DNA of 63,400 nt, filler included, from Bipalium vagum (taxonomy: Eukaryota): NCBI GenBank assembly GCA_037834085.1. It is 3 parts of 3 records of this genome, joined end to end, with 100 filler letters (N's around TTAATTAATTAA, not from the genome) between each part and the next. Parts side by side here need not be neighbours in the genome. Positions count along the whole stretch, not along the records: positions 47,693 to 63,400 come from JBBMKC010150483.1; 2 more parts are not named here. One strand, 5' to 3'. The translations under genes were made by a program, and so were the position numbers. Of the stretch, positions 55,135 through 63,400 are shown piece after piece. The notes under the pieces are model-generated. The model searched no databases, was not told where the DNA came from, and was given only the letters and a program-made list of their open reading frames with translations. Numbering within the stretch: the first letter of the stretch is position 1; every line of letters begins with the position of its first letter.

Positions 55135-55954
55135 TTTTGTACAAAAAGTTTAAAAAGTATTTGGTTTTAGAAGCTACAAAGCCCAAGCAGCTCCAGCTTG
55201 TGACGCTAAACAAAATGGCTGCGAAATCTCATTGTCGAAAATTGTACGACTCACAACTTACAAAGCATGAATGTGTAATTATAGATAATGAAACGTATTG
55301 GTTCAAAAAGTTTGGATATATTGCTGGTCGAGATTTTTATGCATCTAACACACGAAAGGATGCTCCTGAAGAATGCAGAATTAAGATAAAATCAAAATGT
55401 GCACAAAAATTGGTTTGGCAGACGATGTGATCTGAAGAGTGTACCTTACATGAAAACTAGAACAATAAATAAAAAAAATATATTTTGTTGATGCTTACAA
55501 AAAAGACTATTACCATTTATAAGAAAATACCTAGTGAAACTTTTGTTTTGAATAGATTTAGGAAGTTGTTATTACGCAAATGACACAATAAAATGGCCCA
55601 GTGATAAACAAATAAATTTCGTTCAGAGATTGTAATCCTCCTAATAGTCCACAACTTCGACCTATTGAGTAATATTGGTCAATTGTGAAAGGAATGCTGA
55701 AAACCGGCCAGGAGATACAAACCATTGGAGAGTTTCAATCCAAGTAACAGTTGGCTTCAAAAGAGTTAATAAATCATCTGTGCAAAAACTAATGGGACCA
55801 CCCAGACGGAAATCCGCTCAATGATGTACTTTATCTTATTAATTTTTTAGTTGTTATGTAATGCGATCAATTTTTTTGTGACAAAGATTTTAAAACAACG
55901 GTATTTCTTAAACGATGACTTTTATTTATCCAGATTATGATCCGTTCACCCTTA
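55135..55954 (+). mobile_element. DD37E (ITmD37E) Tc1-like transposase remnant
   Basis: CVIIDNETY; F..DLGSCYYA...NPPNSPQLRPIE*YW, ~37 spacing across one frameshift; right TIR ...GATCCGTTCACCCT|TA. Confidence 0.8.
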
Positions 55955-57946
55955 ATAAATATTTTCATGATAATTAATTTTTCATATAATATTCCTGATC
56001 CAAAAGTTGACAGTGCACTTTATGTTAATTCGAAGATGGTGGTTTTGATCGTTTAACTGACCCAAAGCTTAATTTAAGTCATCACTTAATGGTTTCATAT
56101 CTTTCAGTTGAAATTAAATAGAGTCAACTGATCTGAAATTAGAAGGTCAAAGATATAAGGGTCCATTCATTATAATCTCAAGGAAACATGAGCAATCCAA
56201 TACAACTAGTGCTTTTATCATTATTATAGTTACACTTCACAACCTACATTTAGCAACTGTTTTACATTTGAAGGTGATATGATTTTCTAAAATTAGTGTA
56301 TCGATACTATTAGGTATAACATTATTTAGGTGAGACTTGTTCTGTTCGATATTCGAGAAGCCGACTCGTTAGTTACTACATAGTTACCAAGCTTGGTACT
56401 CTTATCTCAAAGATTTCTCTAGACTGCACTCTAATTAAGTAATCACTGTTACATAGTATAATAACGTAATAAATTGTTCAAGAAAATAAAAATAACTAAT
56501 GAACTCGTATTTATATCGGTTATCTGTTGTGATTTCTCAATGTCTTTTGTATTTTTACATAAGGGTAAAGCAACAATCTTCACACTTCCGCTGTAGTTAA
56601 AAGAAGTCAGATATGTGTTGCATCTTATTGATACCTAAAAAAAATAACATAAGTTCTTTATACTTTCTAAGCTCCTACATAACAGTTCATAACCTATATA
56701 TACATTACAAGTTGTTTTAATACCACGTAACTGTCGTAACAATTTATTATTGTCCAGAACACCGTTTCAATTCGAAAAGTAATTTACTGAAAATTAATCC
56801 TCTTTGTAATATATTATTAATATTATTTATCTTTTGTGACTCAGGCCACATGGGTCGTACAGTTCTACAGTGATAATAAATACACATTTTGGGTGATATT
56901 GACTTGACTCGATCAGTCTAAGAAAATATACGATTATAGAGCATAGAACTATACAGACATTAATATTTTAATAGTTGAGGAATGGATGAGGACTTCGAGA
57001 AAGCAGATAAGGATAATCTTGTGAATTCTCAAGTGTGAATCTTCAAATTCATTCTGCGAGGCAACATTAAACTTTTTTATGAAACCAATATTCCGCAGAT
57101 ACAAAATCATTTTAATAATACGCGGTTGTACCCCGAATAAAAACTTCCTTGAGCACACTATTCCAAAGTGACCACCAGATTTGAAAGGTAGCCAGTTTGA
57201 AGTCACTGGTTTTATCATCATCCATCTATGGAATCTTAGGAGTCGTGCCTCTAAAAGTATATATAAATAAAAGTTATAAAAATAAAAAAAATTATAAAAA
57301 TAAAAAAAATTATAAAAATCAAAGACAACATTAATAGAAAAATCATTAATCTCGATAATCTTTGACAGAATATTGATCAACTTATTACTGTATTCCTCAC
57401 AATTTGTGGCTTGTTTTCTTATCCAAGCCACACCCTTTAAAGTAATGGATAGTTAATAAAATAAGTACAATTAAAAATTTAAATAAACACTAATATATTT
57501 TTTTTAGTTAAGTTAAATAATCATCTTTATTGGACATAATCCAAATTATACAAATCAATATTAACAGAATTAACGATTACACAATTAATTAACAAAAAAC
57601 TTCATAAAACTTCACATTGAAGCCGTCTTGTTTAAATCACTTAATTAATTTTTCGACTTTATTTGTAATCGAAGTTGAATTTAAATTGAATAAAGTGTTG
57701 TGACGCATCAATTTTAATGTAAGTATTTTATAATTTTCCTATCAAATTTTAATTGATAAAATATTTAATTAAGTGAAATAAATATTTTGATATTGAAAGA
57801 AAAAAGGGGAAATTTGTTTTAATATTTATATTTTTTAGGTTTTATGACCTCAACTGTTCGTAATAATAACAAATAAAAACAAAAAGTAGAACTAATATTA
57901 TAAAAATATTGTTTATTTATTTAAATTTTAAATTTAACTAGATTAA

Positions 57947-58000
57947 ATGGAGGATTGGCCAATTCTAGAGAAATCAAAACTGACAAATTTTGATTCAGAA
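57947..58000 (+). CDS. LARP1: LARP1-like coding exon 1 (MEDWPILEK...)
   Basis: tag acceptor at 57941, ATG 57947, donor gtaaat. Confidence 0.7.
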
Positions 58001-60794
58001 GTAAATTTTCGCATATTTTTTATATATAATTAATTCTATTCAACTAAAAACAATCGATTTTACCAAATCTATTTTTATTGATAACATTATTTATATTATA
58101 ATAATATACAATAATCAATATTATCTTTCTTAAATGGATTTACCTTACACTTCGATTAATTGATATTTATTTTCGTAATTATTCTAAAAGAAACAAATAA
58201 ATTTTGTACCAAATCATCAACAGTAACGGTAATATTAACATTGCAGATAAAATCTGAAAAGCCCGACATAATAGCATCGAAAACGACAAACCATTCTGCT
58301 CTTGGCACTAGCAAGAGGAGATGGGAAAAACTCAATGTTAGCTTTAAATACACGTGTCACGAAAACGTGACTGGTCGCCATGGTAACTCTTTCAACAATG
58401 GTATGTTTTGAATTTGGCTCATTATTTTTTTCAACAACAATTCAGTCACAATAAAAGTAAATATATTTCGGCAATCATTGTTGTTATTTTACTTATGTAA
58501 CGTTCCGATTTTATATCATGCGATTTTTAAAAACAATAACAATGGAGAATGTTAATTTTTTTGTACTCTGTTCAGGGCAAGAACCAGAGATATTTTTATT
58601 GTATTATCTTAATGATTGATATTGATTGGTAATTTGTGGGTTTTTCTCGATTAATTCGGATAGTGTTTTTGTCTATATTTCCTTATTTTTTAATTAAAGA
58701 AAATATATATGTAAAATATAACGAATGTTTTTATTCTTATATCCTATAGCGCAAGCTGAGAACAAGGAAAATTATTATCAGAAAACTGGGCACAACACTA
58801 AACCTTTTAGGAACCAGAAACTCATTGCCACCGACTCCACAACAGCAGCGAGAGAGTCTAATGAGAAAGAGTTTCCGGTTAAAAATCGAAATAACGAAGG
58901 TTTCAAACCACCGAGACAATTCGTTAAAAACAACAATTATCGCAATGAGAATGTAAGCAAAAGTGTAACCGAATATATTTTAATTAATGGCCTCACTACT
59001 TTTTGAGAGGATTATGGTTTATACCAGTGGTTCTTAACCTATAGGGTTGGGTTTTGTGTTTGTGGGTTCGCTAGAAGAGGGGCAAAATTAGTTATCGTGT
59101 TTCTGGTTAAACATGAAAGCACAGATTTGTTCCAATCACTGACAGTTGTGCGTATATGTGCCATTATGACTGTGTATTGTAGAGAGTTGCTATTGCATTT
59201 TCCTTATCACTGGTACTTTCAATTCTGGTTGTCTTTATTTATTCGAGAATTACCTGTTAAACCGGTTAAAAACACAGTAACAAGTGTGACTTTGAAAACA
59301 CCAGTCTTCAGAATGATTGCAAAACCTTTGAATGGTCAACTTAAAGGGAAGATGAAGAATTTTGAGTCGTTACTGAATAGAGTTGAGAACCACTGGTTTA
59401 TACTGAGATTAAAATTGAAGTACTTGAGACCAGAACTTCCTTTGATTCTTCTCAATTTTGATCCAAAGATGACTTCAAACATTTTTACATTGTTGTTTTT
59501 TTAGCGAAAAACGGATTTCAAAGAACGTACAAATGACAACCTGGAACCGAGCAAATCTCCGCAAAAAAATTTCGCGTCAGGTTTTCGAGGGAAACGAAAT
59601 GCGACTGGAAAAGGTCGAAATCCTGGTCGATATAATCAATCGAAAACAAACGACAGTAATTTTACGGGATCGAAAAATATCGATTACATGTCAATGTATT
59701 CCGGTTTTTGTAAGATATTTTTCTGTTATTTGAAAAATTGATTGAGAGACATGTCTTGATTTCTTGTCATTTTTATTATTGTTATTATTATCATTAATAT
59801 TATTAGTATTAAAAATCAATATGTTTACTGACCAAATACGAGTTATGATTGTCAATGGTCAAGAGTAAAAGTAGTAGCGACACTCAGTAATAGAATTGGA
59901 TAAACTTTGTCACTGGACCCACACCCGATCGGCAGACGGGTCAATAACAGGACCCTGTGACATGATAAAAACAAATACCAAGTTTTCGAACATAAAGCGA
60001 AATATTTCTTTTTTGTATCCGAAAAAAATATTTTCATTATTGATTTGGAATGTGTTGTGTTTTACAAAACGAGAGACAATAGACAAACTCGCTTGTTTAA
60101 TTGACACCGATCAATTGTTAAGCTTTGCTTTAACCGATTAATTTCATTCACAGCTACTGGCGTTCCTTTGATAATGTCTGGCTTCGGTAAAGACATGTCG
60201 GACAGCAACGCTGGCATTATGACTACTGTGTCGGCCGGGAGCTTGTACAATAACCAGATAATATTTCTGCCATCTGCGACTTCGCAAAACATTGACATTA
60301 ATTCCTTGGTACCAATTAATTCCGATCAAAACGGGATTGATATCGATCAACTGCTTTTGAAACAGGTTCTTTTCCAGAAATAGATGATATTGGTGGTTTT
60401 ATATTGATCGGTTTCAGGTTGAATATTACTTTAGCGAAACCAATCTCCACCAGGACACTTATCTCCGTTCACACATGGATTCGGAAGGTTGGGTGTCGTT
60501 GTTGATCATTTCAACCTTTAAACGTATTGCAAATTTTGGAATCGATGTCGTTTCCATTGCACAGGTAGGGGGAATGGGTTGGGAATTTGAGGCGGCTAAT
60601 TTTACATTTTTTCTCTTTAGATTTTACGAAACAGTGATAAATTGGAAGTAAACATGGGTACGTTACAAGTACGCTCTTCCGATATTAAACTTCAACGGAT
60701 TACGGGCACCAAAACCAAAGAATCGTTGGCCAATCTTAATCCTGACGCTCCGGAATTCGTGCCGCAAAACGAAAGTAAAACGGTTTCTATTTGA
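57947..60794 (+). CDS. LARP1: La-related protein 1-like RNA-binding protein; join(57947..58000,58247..58400,58750..58952,59505..59709,60154..60365,60418..60564,60621..60794), 382 aa if it ends at the 60794 stop
   Basis: All six introns are GT-AG with matching phases (0,1,0,1,0,0). La motif LLKQVEYYFSETNLHQDTYLRSHMDSEGWVSLLIISTFKRI; downstream PAM2 LNPDAPEFVP; N-terminal DWP and KRRWEKL resemble LARP1 motifs. 3' end uncertain. Confidence 0.85.
58247..58400 (+). CDS. LARP1: LARP1-like coding exon 2
   Basis: ttgcag acceptor, G|gtatgt donor, SKRRWEKLNV. Confidence 0.75.
58750..58952 (+). CDS. LARP1: LARP1-like coding exon 3
   Basis: cctatag acceptor, gtaagc donor, open frame. Confidence 0.8.
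59025..59395. mobile_element. hAT (Charlie-like) MITE in LARP1-like intron 3
   Basis: TIRs CAGTGGTTCTTAAC / CAGTGGTTCTCAAC; perfect 8-bp TSD GTTTATAC (59017-59024, 59396-59403). Confidence 0.95.
59505..59709 (+). CDS. LARP1: LARP1-like coding exon 4 (basic, RG-containing)
   Basis: tttttag acceptor, gtaaga donor, open frame RKTDFKE...GFRGKRNATGKGRNPGRY. Confidence 0.8.
60154..60365 (+). CDS. LARP1: LARP1-like coding exon 5
   Basis: ttcacag acceptor; ends LLLKQ, the start of the La motif. Confidence 0.85.
60418..60564 (+). CDS. LARP1: LARP1-like coding exon 6 (La motif core)
   Basis: VEYYFSETNL..D.YLRSHMDSEGWV....ISTFKRI; flanked by 52- and 56-bp introns. Confidence 0.92.
60621..60794 (+). 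CDS. LARP1: LARP1-like coding exon 7 (end of La motif, PAM2)
   Basis: ILRNSDKLEV...LNPDAPEFVP; stop at 60792-60794, or donors after 60774/60782. Confidence 0.85.
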   Translation: MLRNSDKLEVNMGTLQVRSSDIKLQRITGTKTKESLANLNPDAPEFVPQNESKTVSI

Positions 60795-63327
60795 AAAAGC
60801 GTTTTTAAATAGAATTATTATCATTATAATTATAAAATTATTATTGACTTTTTGTTTAAGGTGTTTTTCTTGTTCTGAAATTGTTTTGTATGTCTTTTGA
60901 CCATTTTGAAAATAAGGATTCATGTGGTACTTAGAGGGATAATCAAGTTTGGCTTGACGGTATCTAAATGAAAGAGTTCCGTTTGATTTTTTTCAGTGAT
61001 CCCATTAGGAGAAATTTCTTAATCATTTTAAAAGGTATATGTCTTGAGAAATGTTGCCAGTAAAGAATTCCTCGTTACTTAACATAAGAATATTTTATGT
61101 AATAATTGATTTTATAAAAAAAGTTTTGTCTCGTTTTATGAATAGAATTTTTCATTCTCATTTCTCTAAATGCTTCTTAAAGGTCTAGTAAGTATCAAAG
61201 AAAATTTCCACTCAAAGATGTCAACACTACTTTCTGCTTGAGGTAGATGTGGATAGATTCAGCTTTACACAACCTTTGTTCATTTTATAGAAAGAATTGA
61301 CTTAAAGGGGTTTTTCTTTTTTAATATAAAGATTACAATTTTCTTAACCGATATTTATTATTATTTTTATTTATCAATAAAATAATGTAAGAAATTTCAA
61401 TTAATAGTTGTAATTAATTTCAATCAATAATTTATTTAATAAATCAAAATATTTAATCGAAATATTGTAATATTGATATTAATTTAATTTTTGTATAAAA
61501 ATTCAATGAATAATTTTTTGTGTAATATTTTTGTGTGCCTCGGGTAATGTGGTGAGATTAAAATATGATCTGGGGTTCTTAACAAAATCACTGCTTGCGA
61601 ATTATATTTAAATTTCAGTTTAAACTCATCATATGTCTATTTGATGAATGGCGCTATTATTACTAGTATTACTGTTAGGAAGCCAAAACTAATTTTCCTG
61701 ACACGCCAAATTATGTATATATAAATATAGGAATGGACGATGTTCGTTCCTGACAGTATATGTGGTAAAAGAAAGGTTTAAAAAATTCTTTTACTGATTT
61801 AAGTAATTCTCTTTAATTGGTTTTATAAGCAATTTTTGCTTTAAAAATTATTTTCGAATAAGTCAAAATATCTAAAATGATTTAATGCTAATATTCATTT
61901 TTGGGAACGTTTTTAATAAATCAATAAATAAATTGAACCTTCTAAAACTTTCAAATCCAAATGTTTAATGTTAATGGTAACCTAAACATTTTGTGTTTTT
62001 AAAGTTAAATGTCATTTTTAAGAAAACATTCATTTTTTCTAATTTCAGACAGTTAAAAGTTTTATTTCCTTTTTAGAAAAGAGTAAATTGTGAAAATCGT
62101 TATTTATTGTTTCATTTTAAAGTGAATGTCGATTTAATAGATTATTTTAAGCAAACCAAAATATGTGGTACGTATAATATAACTGATCCTATTAATCTTT
62201 ATATAATTAATAATATTATCTACAGTTAATAATAATAATTTACTGCAGTGACGTCTGTCAAAGTGGACTCCTCTAATTTCGGAATCTTTTTAACATATCT
62301 GCTTTTTGGTTCGAAAAACTGTGATTAGTCTCGATTTATGAAACCCTGTCGGATAAATTTGGCAAGTGCAAGGTACTTAGTGATAAATTTCTCCTTGGCT
62401 GTGAACAAATTAAAAGGAGTCTGTTATGTGATTTTGATGAAAAGGGAGATTACAAAGAGAAAAATCACAAAAATCATAATAATGATTGAATTTTTTTTTG
62501 TATTATATCATAATTATAAGCTGAATTTGTTTAAACGGTCTAAACAAAAACCAGTCTTCTCGGTTTTGTAATACAATGTTTATTATTTTTTCAGCATGAT
62601 TTAATTTACGGGGTAAAACTGTCTTCTTCAATCAACCTTGTGTAGGCATTGTTATAATTTCCACCACATCTTAAAGTGCTGTTCTATTAAGGTAACTGCT
62701 TTTAGACGTCTCGACAATGTTATTATTTATTGATTATTAATGAAAAACATCGTTTTATACCGTCTTGAGCTCTGTTAATCTTACATAATAAGACATGATT
62801 CAATCGATTTGTATTGATATTTTGTTTTTGGAGAATTATTAGTGCTGTTATTATTATTACGTAAAAATTTAAAAAATCAATGTGAAGACAAAACAGGTTT
62901 TTTAAAAGAAAAACAAATTAGAAATACAGGAGTGTAATCAAATCATGGACGTTTTTCTTTTAAAGTATTTTTATTATTATTATGTGGGATTATCAATATT
63001 ATAATATTTAAAATAATAAAATTTAAAATAAATCAGAAAATTATAATAACAATTAAAAATCGAATTATGAATACTTTGTTTTAAGTTTTTGAAGCACAGG
63101 ATTTTTGTTTACTCACTTGTAACAAAAAATCGAATTACGGCAATGCGGCTCGTTAAATGAGTTAATTAGTTTCCGATGATGACATCATTTTCGAGCTGCT
63201 GTGAATGGCTAGTTAATTTTTGTGATTTGGCTTGAAAAGTAATCCATTATTTACATCCTAAATATCACAAAAACTTAACACATTCAACACCACAATGTTT
63301 CAACGAGTTTAATAATATATTATTATA

Positions 63328-63400
63328 CAGTTTGGTCCAACGAATTGTCCACCCCTTTAAAAAATCCACAAATTTGTAATTTTGGTAATAAAAGTTAAAT
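63328..63400. mobile_element. Possible Tc1-like terminus running off the window
   Basis: TA|CAGTTTGGTCCAACGAATTGTCCACCCC resembles Tc1 TIR starts; partner not visible. Confidence 0.35.

Noticed and set aside
58156-58353. Minus-strand ORF as first exon of the divergent gene
   Set aside because: Overlaps LARP1-like exon 2 in antisense; weak donor
58374-58387. Good RFX X-box match GTCGCCATGGTAAC with nearby E-box CACGTG
   Set aside because: Lies inside coding exon 2 of the LARP1-like gene; no evidence for a promoter role
6413-58750. Splicing the 5.8-kb exon to LARP1-like exon 3 (phase-compatible)
   Set aside because: The LARP1-like gene has its own ATG exon and exon 2; two assembly gaps intervene
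59097-59504. 135-aa ORF
   Set aside because: Runs through the hAT MITE and intron; no motifs
62240-63240. Additional LARP1-like exons
   Set aside because: Several AG/GT-bounded short frames, but none with LARP1 motifs or a unique consistent phase

Overview
Very AT-rich eukaryotic (metazoan invertebrate) genomic scaffold, dominated by decayed transposons, with spliceosomal introns, (AAT)n microsatellites and two assembly gaps carrying a TTAATTAATTAA linker. The organism cannot be determined; a flatworm/planarian-type genome is plausible but is only inference. Host genes: a 7-exon La-related protein 1 (LARP1)-like gene at 57.9-60.8 kb (+; La motif followed by PAM2), which the ORF track misses because of short introns, and a likely first coding exon of an unidentified gene at 5.8-6.4 kb. 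DNA transposon remnants: mariner DD34D, DD41D, DD39D, DD37E, maT-like, pogo, a Merlin element with a nested DD41D element, hAT, and piggyBac/Harbinger/hAT MITEs. A large degenerate Ty3/Gypsy element (gag, RT, RNase H, integrase, env-like tail) lies on the minus strand at about 42-51 kb. The most interesting signals are an env-like glycoprotein remnant downstream of the Gypsy integrase, a 240-bp foldback inside pol, and structured motifs recurring in the LTR/leader remnants, one with compensatory base changes. No complete novel system is demonstrable from sequence alone.
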